Of a stretch of DNA of 45,923 nucleotides, positions 8,427 through 16,933 are shown one piece after another (positions within the stretch are counted from its first letter, which is position 1; each line of letters opens with the position of its first letter). Below the pieces are notes generated by a model. It was given only the letters and a program-made list of their open reading frames with translations. It was not told where the DNA came from and ran no database searches. The stretch covers positions 1-45,923 of the forward strand of contig CACYWX010000001.1 of assembly GCA_902778205.1 (NCBI GenBank). The letters run 5' to 3'. The translations under genes were made by a program, and so were the position numbers. The stretch comes from an uncultured Ruminococcus sp. Lineage in GTDB: Bacteria; Bacillota; Clostridia; Oscillospirales; CAG-272.

Positions 8427-8455
8427 ATTATACATCGCTTCGTCCTTTTTTTCAA
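8427..8455 (-). promoter_or_regulatory. Sigma-A promoter TTGAAA-N17-TATAAT for the nucleosidase/membrane-protein pair
   Basis: The -35 is at 8450-8455 and the -10 at 8427-8432 (minus strand), with a 17-nt spacer. It lies about 40 nt upstream of the ATG at 8388. Confidence 0.65.
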
Positions 8456-8626
8456 TAAGAATCCCGCACGGAGCGCCGCCGTTTCCGCCGTTTTTTCGGG
8501 ATCCGGGACCGCGGAGGAGGAGAACCCGATTTTTTCTGATTTTTCTGCCCAAACCCACACCATTTTCAAGCGTTTTGCGCTATAATCAGAGTACCGGACG
8601 GGAGCCCGAACAAATGAGGTAAGATC

Positions 8627-9517
8627 TCACCGGGGGATCAGGCCGATGGTCCCGTCCTCGTTGTAGGAGAACTCCTTCACGCACACGGAGCGGTGGAACA
8701 GACTGCCTCCCGGGAGCTCGTCCGTGTGGTAGAACAGCCAGGACCTGCCCCGGAAGTCACAGATCCCGGGATGGTTCGTGAAGCACCGGCCCTCCTCCAT
8801 CAGCACGCCCCGGTATACCCACGGCCCGGTGGGAGACTGAGACGTGGCGTAGGCAAAGTGCTCGTTGTGCCCCTTCCCCTCAGCGAAGGCGGCGTAGATC
8901 ATGTAATAGAGCCCGTTCCGCTTGTAAAACCACGGTCCTTCCCCGTAGGAGGTCCCGGTCATGTGGCCGCCCTTTCCGAAGGCCTCCGCAGTCATGGGGA
9001 TCCTCACCACACCCGTCCCCTCGTCGATGGAGACCATGTCCTCGTTCAGAAGGACGTACCTCAGCTCCGGATTGCCGAAGTACAGGTAGGCCTGCCCGTC
9101 GTCGTCGATGAACACCGTGGGATCGATGTCGTTCCAGTCGCCCTCGTCCACCAGCGGATGCCCGATGTCCCGGAACGGGCCCGCCGGGGAGTCCGAAACG
9201 CCCACCGCGATGGCCATTCCGCCTCCGGTTTTGTGGACCGGGCAGTAGAGCTAGAACTTCCCGTTCCGCGCGGCGCACTGGGGTGCCCAGGCCCTGTCGT
9301 CCGCCCAGGCGATGTCGTCCAGGGAGAAGACCTTCCCGTGGTCGATCCAGTGCTCCATGTCCGTAGTGGAGAAGCACCGCCAGTCGAACATGGTGTAGAA
9401 ATCGTTGACCAGCTCGTCCTCGTCGTGGGTGGTGTAGAGATACAGGGTGTCCCCGTACACCATGGGCGCGGGATCGGCGGTGTAGAGGGAGGGAAAGAGC
9501 GGCTTGCCTTCCGTCAT
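8627..9517 (-). pseudogene. GH43-family glycoside hydrolase interrupted by one in-frame TAG
   Basis: ORFs 9251..9727 and 8627..9217 are in the same frame. Read-through gives ...APQCAARNGKF*LYCPVHKTGGGMAIAVGVSDSPAGPF..., with the TAG at 9251-9253 where GH43 proteins normally have Tyr. The likely start is the ATG at 9517 (MTEGKPLFPSLYTADPAP). Confidence 0.75.
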
Positions 9518-9553
9518 GGGAAATACCTCGTTTCTTCCGTTTTGATCGATCCC

Positions 9554-9582
9554 ATTATACCATACCGCCGCGCGCTTTGCCA
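9554..9582 (-). promoter_or_regulatory. Promoter TGGCAA-N17-(TGg)TATAAT upstream of the interrupted GH43
   Basis: The -10 is at 9554-9559 with an extended TGn. The -35-like hexamer is at 9577-9582. Confidence 0.5.
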
Positions 9583-9643
9583 GTGTCAGGCCGGGATTTC
9601 CTTCGGCGGGAGCGGAAAAATCGGGCGGATTCTCACTTTTCCC

Positions 9644-9672
9644 TTGACGAATCCGGCGCGGACTGATAAAAT
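9644..9672 (+). promoter_or_regulatory. Promoter TTGACG-N17-TAAAAT for SBP-1
   Basis: The -35 is at 9644-9649 and the -10 at 9667-9672, with an exact 17-nt spacer. Confidence 0.6.
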
Positions 9673-9753
9673 AAGCACAAAGACGAATCTCTGCACTGCC
9701 CGGACATCCCGGGACCATGCCCGCCATAACGGGTTGGGGAAAGGACTACTGCC

Positions 9754-11286
9754 ATGAAAAGAAAATCGGCCGTTTCGCTCCTTCTGGCGTTTCTGATGCT
9801 GACGGGAGCGGCATCCTGCTCGAGCGGCGGCACCAACGAGGAAAAGGGGACCGCTCCGGAGACGACTGCCGGGGCATCGGAGGTCACGCCCGCCGCCGCG
9901 GAGGAGGAACCGGAGGAGCCCGAGGGAAACGGACGCTCGAACGTGAAGGACTCCCTGCCGGATGATCTGGACTTCGGAGGCGCGGTGCTCCACTTCTACA
10001 CCCGCGGCGGCGACCGGGACACCCTGATGGAGTTCCAGGCCGAGGAGCTGAACGGTGAGGTGGTGAACGACGCCGTCTACTCCCGCAATCTGGCGGCGCA
10101 GGAGAGGCTCAACATCGACATGGACCTGATCCTGGCTCCTGTGAACATCCACGGCGGCACCAACGACCAGATCCGCAAGTCCGTCTCCTCCGGCTCGGAC
10201 GACTACGATCTGCTGGGCAACGGCATGTATTCCATGATGTCCCTGACCATGGAGAACATCCTTCTGCCCATGAACGAGCTGCCCTATCTGGATTTCTCGG
10301 CTCCCTGGTACAATCAGGCGTTCCTGGAGGACACCAACCTCAATGGCCACAACTACACCGTCATGGGCGAGGTGGGCCAGACCATGATCTCCGGCGCCTT
10401 CGTCATGTTCTTCAACCGGACCATGTTCGACACCTTCTACAACGGGGACGTGAACCTCTATCAGGTGGTCAACGAGGGCGAATGGACCATCGATAAGATG
10501 ATCTCCCTCTGCGAGCCGGTCTATCAGGATGCCAACGGCGACGGCGAGGCCAACGAGGGGGACATCTTCGGCCACTACTTCACCAACACCGACACCCTGG
10601 GCGCGGACGCCTTCTACGGTGCCGCCCGGATCGACTACCTGAAGAAGGGCGACGACGGAGTCTGGTTCTTCAACGCCACCTGCGACCGGATGTTCACCTT
10701 CACGGAGAAGATGCACAAGCTGCTCTTCGAGGGGACCAACACCCTCCGTCTGCCCTACAACAACGACGACATCATGAACACCATGAAGGCGGACCAGACG
10801 ATCTTCGTCACCTGGATGCTCTCGGGCATCGACCTCTTGCGGGACATGGAATCCGACTTCGGAATCCTGCCCATGCCGAAGCTGGACACGGCACAGGAGC
10901 AGTACGCCGAGTACGTCCACGATGCCTCCTCCTCTTTCTCGATCCCCGTGACGGAGGACGATCCGGCCATGTCGGCGGCGTTCCTCGAGGCCATGAGCGC
11001 GGAGTCCTTCCGGACCGTGACGCCGGCCTACTTTGAGACCGCCCTGAAATCCAAGTACTCCCGGGACTCCGAGACCTCCCAGATGCTGGACATCATCGTG
11101 GACGGGATCTATCTGGACATCGGATACATCTTCGGCGGCAGCGTCAACAGCCCCATCGGCAAGATCCGCAGCGTGCTGGCCTCCGCCACGTCCTGTGAGA
11201 ACGCCGCCTCCAGCCTGGCCAAGCAGGAAAAGGCCACCATGAAGGCCCTGGAGAAACTGCTCCAGAAATACGAGGACATCCGGTAA
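9754..11286 (+). CDS. Extracellular solute-binding lipoprotein (ABC-type sugar SBP, large ~500-aa family), SBP-1
   Basis: Lipoprotein signal MKRKSAVSLLLAFLMLTGAASC. The family block SDFGILPMPKLDTAQEQY is shared with the other three SBPs. Confidence 0.85.
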   Translation: MKRKSAVSLLLAFLMLTGAASCSSGGTNEEKGTAPETTAGASEVTPAAAEEEPEEPEGNGRSNVKDSLPDDLDFGGAVLHFYTRGGDRDTLMEFQAEELNGEVVNDAVYSRNLAAQERLNIDMDLILAPVNIHGGTNDQIRKSVSSGSDDYDLLGNGMYSMMSLTMENILLPMNELPYLDFSAPWYNQAFLEDTNLNGHNYTVMGEVGQTMISGAFVMFFNRTMFDTFYNGDVNLYQVVNEGEWTIDKMISLCEPVYQDANGDGEANEGDIFGHYFTNTDTLGADAFYGAARIDYLKKGDDGVWFFNATCDRMFTFTEKMHKLLFEGTNTLRLPYNNDDIMNTMKADQTIFVTWMLSGIDLLRDMESDFGILPMPKLDTAQEQYAEYVHDASSSFSIPVTEDDPAMSAAFLEAMSAESFRTVTPAYFETALKSKYSRDSETSQMLDIIVDGIYLDIGYIFGGSVNSPIGKIRSVLASATSCENAASSLAKQEKATMKALEKLLQKYEDIR

Positions 11287-11317
11287 AAGGCCGGAGCCGA
11301 CAATCAAACCGCAAAAG

Positions 11318-11357
11318 CATCCGGGCTGAGCTCTTCTGAAAGGGTTCAGCCCGGATG
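11318..11357 (+). terminator. Hairpin terminator after SBP-1
   Basis: A 12-bp perfect stem (catccgggctga / tcagcccggatg) with a 16-nt loop. The T tract is weak. Confidence 0.55.
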
Positions 11358-11364
11358 GTGTTAT

Positions 11365-11580
11365 AAAGGGATAGTTAAGTCAGCAATATGTATATCCACC
11401 GATTTTGATTTTCATTTGATTTCAGCAGACTCTCCTTCCACCGCGAGCGGTCCCCCTCCCTCTGAGAGGGAGGCAGGAGAGCGGCCATCCCTTATGGCTC
11501 CCTCCCAGAGGGAGCTGTCAGCTATGCTGACTGAAGGAGAGTCTGACATACACAGGAGCCGCTGACTTAAAGTATCCCTT
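11365..11580. repeat. 215-nt nested-palindrome element (MITE-like, or a structured RNA/compound terminator)
   Basis: The outer inverted repeat is aagggatagttaagtcagc (11366-11384) against gctgacttaaagtatccctt (11561-11580). The inner perfect 13-bp inverted repeat is 11426-11438 / 11533-11545. Three internal hairpins are at 11455-11473, 11484-11498 and 11497-11515. The element starts 4 nt after the stop of the 11584 gene. Confidence 0.6.
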
Positions 11581-11583
11581 ACC

Positions 11584-12564
11584 TCACTCCCGCCACGGCG
11601 TGATGTCCACGAACTCATGCCTGACCTCGGCGACGCCGCGGGATGTGACCCGGAGGACCGTGCCGCCGTTGATGCCCTCCTCCCAGTAGCTGCCCGTGCC
11701 GGTCTTCAGGCCGTAGCAGAGCCATATGCCGCGGTAGGGGATGGCGAAGGTGTTGACGTGGTCGTGGCCGGCGATCACGTGACGGGTGGTGCCGCCCTCC
11801 AGAAGCGTGTCGAAGGCCCCCTCGTCCACCGGCGGCGAGCAGATTCCCTCCCGCCACAGGCCGAAGGACGCCTCGTATCCCGGATTCCAGACGCCGGTCC
11901 CGTCCGCCTCCTCCTTGGTCACCGCGCGTCCGTCGATCCCCGCCCGGAGCGCGGCTTCGGCGGCGGACCGGTAGGCGTAGATGGGCATGTGCAGGATCAG
12001 GGTCGTGTCTGTGCATCCGGCGGCGGACAGGGCGCGGACCTGCTCCTTCATCCAGTCCAGCTGCGCGGGAAGGAGCCGGGCGTAATCCACATAGGGCTTT
12101 CCGTCCGCGCCTGTGAAGGTCTCCCGGTCGTGGCTGTCCATCATGAGCAGACCCTCCGCCGGGCGTCCCTCCTCCTCCACGGCGATGACGTAGTTGCCGT
12201 TTCCGAGCTCCGCCGGGCCGCGTTCATAGAGGCAGAGGGGATGCTTCAGATACCCCCGGACCACCCGCTCAACCGCCTCCGGTCCTTCCTCGTCGTCGTG
12301 ATTGCCCCAGACCGGAGCCCACGGGACCCCGAAGGAATCGAGAAAATCCGCCAGCATTTCGTAGGCCCGCGCGTTCCCGATGTAGGACAGGTCGCCGCTT
12401 ACGGTGACGAGATCGGGGCGCACCCGCTCCATGAGGGTCCGGATCGTTCCCTCGAGGATGCGCCGCTTTTCGCATCCCGGAGCCCATTCGGCGTCCGCCA
12501 GATGCGTGTCCGTCAGGTTGAGGATCAGAAAATCCCGGCCTTTTTCTTTTTGTACCGTCAGCAT
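11584..12564 (-). CDS. Calcineurin-like metallophosphoesterase
   Basis: Only the last 326 codons of the 787-aa track ORF are credible. The start is MLTVQKEKG with an AGGAGG RBS. Motifs are LTDTHL, VSGDLS, WGNHDD and AGHDH. It overlaps the upstream stop by 7 nt (ATGCTGA). Confidence 0.8.
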   Translation of the reverse strand: MLTVQKEKGRDFLILNLTDTHLADAEWAPGCEKRRILEGTIRTLMERVRPDLVTVSGDLSYIGNARAYEMLADFLDSFGVPWAPVWGNHDDEEGPEAVERVVRGYLKHPLCLYERGPAELGNGNYVIAVEEEGRPAEGLLMMDSHDRETFTGADGKPYVDYARLLPAQLDWMKEQVRALSAAGCTDTTLILHMPIYAYRSAAEAALRAGIDGRAVTKEEADGTGVWNPGYEASFGLWREGICSPPVDEGAFDTLLEGGTTRHVIAGHDHVNTFAIPYRGIWLCYGLKTGTGSYWEEGINGGTVLRVTSRGVAEVRHEFVDITPWRE

Positions 12565-14585
12565 GAAGCTCCTCCTGCGGTTGTCCCGCCCGTGCAGTCC
12601 GTCTCCTCTTCCTCCCCGTCCGGGAGCGCCGTTTCCGCGCCGGGAAGGACCCCGAGCCATCCTCCGGCTCTCCGGCGGATCTCTCTCCGCAGGGCGCGGT
12701 ATCCCTCGGGCGGGCTGTCCGGCGCGATGACGTTCTCCCGCCAGACGTTGTCGCCGAGGGTGTCGTCCCAGACGTCGAGATCCGTTCTCGCACCGTCCCC
12801 GCGTCCTCCCCGGGTGCCGTTCGTCCGGCTGTTGTCCGTGGCGCCGCTGGCGTGAAAGAGGTTCTCCGAGATGGTGTTGAAGCCATCCCAGTCGTCGATG
12901 TGGATGGCCCGGACGCCCCAGTCGTCGGTGAACGCCCGGTATCCGCAGTTGTGTTGCCAGACCTTGTCCCGTCCGGAGCACCAGGCGTAGAGCGCGCCGC
13001 CGTCCCTCAGCACCTGCATGTAGTTGTCGCAGATGTTGTACCGGATCACGTTCCCGCCGGAATGCTGGCAGGGGAGCGCCCTCAGATAATCCGTCACCGA
13101 GGCCCGGTCGATCTCCGCCCACCGGGGATTGTACATGGTCTGCTTCTCCCCGAAGGTGTTCTGGGTGTCGATGGCCTCCGGACCGCCCCGCATTTGGGTC
13201 CAGATCATGCCGATGACCGACACGGCGGCGTAGGGCAGGTCGTGGAAATGGTTGTACTCCACGGTGTTGTCCCCGGAGCCGAAGAGCTGGACGGCGCAGG
13301 AGTGCATGTAGTCCGCCCCGACGTGGTGGATGTGGTTCCGGGCGATGAGGTGGCGGCGGTTCACGTCCACGGCCCCCGGTCCGTAGCCCGTGATGCAGAC
13401 GCCGCCGGAGGAGGTGTGGGCGATCTCGCAGCCCGTGACGGAGCAGTTCTTCGCGTAGTGGTCCAGCACGATGCCCTGGGAGCCTGAGTACCCGATCACG
13501 CAGTCCTCCACCGCGCAGGAGTCCGCCCCCTGCAGGTAGATCATGCCGTCCGGGTTCTCGCCGTTCCGCGTCAGCCAGGCCGGATCCAGCTCGTCCTCGG
13601 GCACCCGGTCGGAATAGAGGAAGCGGAGGTTCTTCAGCGTCACGTGCCGCACCTGCTTTTTCCAGCCGTCTCCTTCCTCGTCCCCCTGGAACCGCCAGAG
13701 CTCCCTCAGCCTCGGCGCGAAGAGCTCCGATTCGTTGGGATCCCCGCCGTCTTCGGGCCAGAAGTACACCCTGCCGCGTACGGAATCCACGCACCACTCG
13801 CCCCGGGTCAGATATTTCGGCGTGTTCAGGAGGTTGTATTCCCTGCCCTGCTCCATCGCGCCCGGATAGAACACCGTCAGCCCGGAGCGGATGAGAGCGG
13901 CGTTCCTTTGGGAGTCGATAGCGGAGAGCACCGCGTTGACGTTCCACCAGACGGCGGTGAGCATCCGGATCTCCCCGTCCGCCCAGCCGTCCAGCCCGTC
14001 GAGCACACCCGGATCGAAGGTACCCCGCAGGCCCTCCGGTCCGAAGTCAGCCGGCGTCGCCCTGACCTTGGCCCAGTCGTTCTGCCAGTCGTCGGATTCT
14101 GTCATGCGGGAGACCGGAAGCCGCGTGTCCTCCCGGTACAGATCGTGGAACCGCCACCCGACGGGGATCTCCGCCGTCCAGACATTCTCCCTCGCCTCGG
14201 CAGACATGCCGAACAGGGGCCCCGCCTTCTCCTCCTCCGTCAGCCGTCTCCAGCCTGTGACCGGCGCCTTCGACACGATGCGGACCTCCTCGCCGGGATA
14301 CGCCGCCCATACGACGGGTCTGTCCGCCTCGCCCGAATCCTCCGGCGTCAGGGTGAAGGTCTCCCGGAGATTGTATTCACCCGCCCGAAAATAAACGGTC
14401 ACGCCGCCCTCGGGCAGCTTCTTCATGGCGCGGAGTATGTCCCGGGCCCTCTCCGGCGTCCGGAAGGGTCTCTCCTCCGATCCGTCGCCTCTCTCGTCGC
14501 ATCCGTCCGGGGCAATATACAACACTCCCCCCGATCCGTTTCCGTGTTCTTCCGTCATGTCCGTCTCCTTGTCCGATTCTCCCAT
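12558..14585 (-). CDS. Right-handed parallel beta-helix protein (pectate-lyase-fold glycan-active enzyme, family unassigned)
   Basis: The N-terminus is typical: LYIAPDGCDERGDGSEERPFRTPERA. Beta-helix repeat blocks include NHIHHVGADYMHSCAVQLFGSGDNTVEYNHFHDLPYAAVSV. An alternative start is the ATG at 14558, which has a better GGAG RBS. Confidence 0.6.
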   Translation of the reverse strand: MGESDKETDMTEEHGNGSGGVLYIAPDGCDERGDGSEERPFRTPERARDILRAMKKLPEGGVTVYFRAGEYNLRETFTLTPEDSGEADRPVVWAAYPGEEVRIVSKAPVTGWRRLTEEEKAGPLFGMSAEARENVWTAEIPVGWRFHDLYREDTRLPVSRMTESDDWQNDWAKVRATPADFGPEGLRGTFDPGVLDGLDGWADGEIRMLTAVWWNVNAVLSAIDSQRNAALIRSGLTVFYPGAMEQGREYNLLNTPKYLTRGEWCVDSVRGRVYFWPEDGGDPNESELFAPRLRELWRFQGDEEGDGWKKQVRHVTLKNLRFLYSDRVPEDELDPAWLTRNGENPDGMIYLQGADSCAVEDCVIGYSGSQGIVLDHYAKNCSVTGCEIAHTSSGGVCITGYGPGAVDVNRRHLIARNHIHHVGADYMHSCAVQLFGSGDNTVEYNHFHDLPYAAVSVIGMIWTQMRGGPEAIDTQNTFGEKQTMYNPRWAEIDRASVTDYLRALPCQHSGGNVIRYNICDNYMQVLRDGGALYAWCSGRDKVWQHNCGYRAFTDDWGVRAIHIDDWDGFNTISENLFHASGATDNSRTNGTRGGRGDGARTDLDVWDDTLGDNVWRENVIAPDSPPEGYRALRREIRRRAGGWLGVLPGAETALPDGEEEETDCTGGTTAGGASC

Positions 14586-14589
14586 GCCG

Positions 14590-16869
14590 TCAGTTCTTCC
14601 CGCGGTTCCCGCCGATGATCCGCACGGTCACATCATGCTTCCAGTCGGGCCTGCCGCTCACGGTCTCCTCCAGCGTCCCGTCCGCGTCCCGGTACCGGTA
14701 GGTCACGGCGGTGCAGTCTCCCTTTTCGTAGAAGTAATCCAGCCCGCCGTCGTCGTAGAGAGTGAACTGTCCGTCTGCGCCCGCGTAGATGCGGAGCTCA
14801 TAGGACTTTCCGTCAAGCTCCGCGGTGGACTGTACGGGAGGCGCCACGGGAAGAATGGACCCGGCTTTCACGAACAGCGGAATTTTGTCGATGGTCACGG
14901 GGATCCTCACGTACCGCCCGCCCTTGAAGAATTCCTCCGTCTCGTAGTCGTACCAGCCGCCCTCGGGCAGGTAGACCGTGACAGCCTCCGCCCCCGGATC
15001 GGTGACCGGGCAGACCAGAAGCTCTTTGCCGAAGAGGTATTCCCCGGACGCCTTCGCCGCTTCCCTGTCCTTCGGATACGCCAGGGCGGGAGGCGTCACG
15101 GGCATGATCCCCTCGAAGGTCACGGCGGCGCAGGCCGAATAGAGATACGGCAGGAGCGCGTACCGGAGCCGGATGGCCTTTTCGATGGCGTCCCGATAAG
15201 CCGTTCCCCGCTCCCCAAACCGCCAGACCTCCCGGGGCGTGTTGGTGCCGTGGGAGCGCATCATGGGGGTGAAGGCCGCGAACTGGAGCCAGCGGGTGTA
15301 GAGCTCCCGGTAGCCGGGGTCCTCGCATCCGTCGGGATAATCCCCGTCCCGGAACCATTCGTACCCGCCGGAGGCGAAGAAGGAGCCGATGTCAGAGTTC
15401 CAGTAGGCCTCCCCCGTTGCAATGTAGTTCTGCAGGATCCGCACCTGCTTCCGGAGAGTCTCCCAGTTGGCGGAGCAGTCCCCGGACCACACGACGGTGC
15501 CGTACCGGTGCTGTCCCGCGTATCCGGACCGGGTCAGGTTCACCACTCTCTTGTCCGAGCAGGCTCTCTGGTTCTCGTACATGCCCATGGAGTGATGGAG
15601 GGAGTAGACGTTCAGGACGGAATCGTCCAGGTACTTTTTGAATTCGCCCACGGACTTGGCCATCCGCTCCGGCAGGGGGCCGCGCTCTCTGCCTCCCCAG
15701 ACGGCGTCGAAGGGCTCGGAGGAGTCGCACCACCAGCCGTCGATGCCGTACCGGAACAGCCCCTCATAGGCCTGCTTCCAGTACATGGCCCGGGCGGCTG
15801 CGTCGTAGGCGTTCACCATGGAGCCGTCGCCCAGCAGGTGTCCCGCCTCCCTCAGCTCCACCCGGTCCTCGCTCTCCCCGGACAGGTTCGGCCAGATGGA
15901 CACCATCAGCCGTAAGTCCATGGCGTGAAGCGCGTCGGTCAGGGCTTCGGGATCGGGATAGCGCTCCCGGTTGAAGTGCTTGTTCCCCCACATGCCGTCG
16001 TCCCAGTACAGCCAGTCCTGCACGATGACGTCGATGGGGATCCCGGCCTCCCGGTAGGCCCGGCCGATGGACAGAAGCTCCTCCTGAGAGGCGTACCGCT
16101 CCTTGGACTGGACGTAGCCGAGGGCCCATTTCGGCAGCATGGGCGTCGTACCGGTGAGCCTCTTCAGCTCCCGGCACACCCCGTCGAAGTCCCCGCCGTA
16201 CACGATCCACACGTCCACCGCGTCCACGGAGTCGAGGAAGAGCTTCCCGCGCCGGTGGTCCGTGGCGTCGAAGGTCATAACGGACGCGCAGTCGATGAGG
16301 ACGCCGTACCCCTTCGTGGACACGAACACCGGCACCGCGATCCGCATGTTCTCCTGATACAGCGGCACGAACTGACCCCGGAGGTTCGGATAGCCCTCCT
16401 CGTGGCTGCCCAGTCCGAAGAGGGTCTCCTCCTCCGTGAAGTCAAAGGTCACGGCTCCGTGGTGGGATTTGCGCAGAAACACCTGCTCCCCGTCCTTCAC
16501 CGTGGCCCGGACGCCGTCCACCGTCTGCCGGAGCTCCGTGCTTCCCCCGACGGTGCGGACCATGTCGTATTCCGTCAGCCCGAAGCGGGACACGCGGGAT
16601 AGGAGCGCCCCGTCCCCGGTTCCGATCCGGACCGAGGGGGTCTTCCTGTCCGTTTCGACGGTCAGCTCTCCCGCGCGGACGGTCACCTTGTCCTCCCCCT
16701 CCTCTGCCCGGGCGGTCACGGGAGGAAAGTCCTCCGCTTTGGCGGTCACGATGAACGATTCCGCCAGCTCATCCGGGTTCTTCCCCCAGGTCAGACGCAC
16801 CGTGCGCGGGCCGTATGCCGTCACGTACAGGGTCCCTTCGCCGTATTCGATCGCAAATCTGTTCTGCAT
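14590..16869 (-). CDS. GH31 alpha-glucosidase/alpha-xylosidase family enzyme
   Basis: Motifs are VIVQDWLYWDD, GIDGWWCDSSEPF and LTRSGYAGQHRYGTVVWSGD. I prefer the start MQNRFAIEYG (ATG 16869). Confidence 0.85.
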   Translation of the reverse strand: MQNRFAIEYGEGTLYVTAYGPRTVRLTWGKNPDELAESFIVTAKAEDFPPVTARAEEGEDKVTVRAGELTVETDRKTPSVRIGTGDGALLSRVSRFGLTEYDMVRTVGGSTELRQTVDGVRATVKDGEQVFLRKSHHGAVTFDFTEEETLFGLGSHEEGYPNLRGQFVPLYQENMRIAVPVFVSTKGYGVLIDCASVMTFDATDHRRGKLFLDSVDAVDVWIVYGGDFDGVCRELKRLTGTTPMLPKWALGYVQSKERYASQEELLSIGRAYREAGIPIDVIVQDWLYWDDGMWGNKHFNRERYPDPEALTDALHAMDLRLMVSIWPNLSGESEDRVELREAGHLLGDGSMVNAYDAAARAMYWKQAYEGLFRYGIDGWWCDSSEPFDAVWGGRERGPLPERMAKSVGEFKKYLDDSVLNVYSLHHSMGMYENQRACSDKRVVNLTRSGYAGQHRYGTVVWSGDCSANWETLRKQVRILQNYIATGEAYWNSDIGSFFASGGYEWFRDGDYPDGCEDPGYRELYTRWLQFAAFTPMMRSHGTNTPREVWRFGERGTAYRDAIEKAIRLRYALLPYLYSACAAVTFEGIMPVTPPALAYPKDREAAKASGEYLFGKELLVCPVTDPGAEAVTVYLPEGGWYDYETEEFFKGGRYVRIPVTIDKIPLFVKAGSILPVAPPVQSTAELDGKSYELRIYAGADGQFTLYDDGGLDYFYEKGDCTAVTYRYRDADGTLEETVSGRPDWKHDVTVRIIGGNRGKN

Positions 16870-16933
16870 CCTCTGTTCCTTTCCGCTTGCGCAGTCCATA
16901 CCAAATGATCCCCGAAGGAGCCTGAGGGGAGCG

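Noticed and set aside
8531-8552. A short tandem gattttttct/gatttttctg and an imperfect palindrome over the GH43 stop (8614-8630).
   Set aside because: This is low-complexity T-rich sequence of about 10 nt repeated twice, and the palindrome has two mismatches. Both are within chance expectation for an intergenic region.
9251-9253. The in-frame TAG as programmed pyrrolysine or recoded sense codon, tempting because MtaA-like URO-D-fold genes are nearby.
   Set aside because: No pylTSBCD-like genes or methylamine methyltransferases are in the window. The codon replaces a conserved Tyr and is one substitution from TAT/TAC. A nonsense mutation or a sequencing error is more parsimonious. I kept it as a low-interest finding only.
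11425-11546. A cloverleaf-like arrangement (one closing stem plus three hairpins) that superficially resembles a tRNA or tRNA-like element.
   Set aside because: It is about 120 nt long with arm lengths wrong for a tRNA. There is no GTTCRANYC T-loop and no D-loop signature. I treated it as part of the nested-palindrome element instead.
11584-13947. A 787-aa minus-strand ORF spanning the metallophosphoesterase and part of the beta-helix gene.
   Set aside because: The first ~460 residues are off-frame read-through of the beta-helix gene and are Arg/Gly/Pro-rich. A good RBS and ATG at 12564 start the real 326-aa phosphoesterase.
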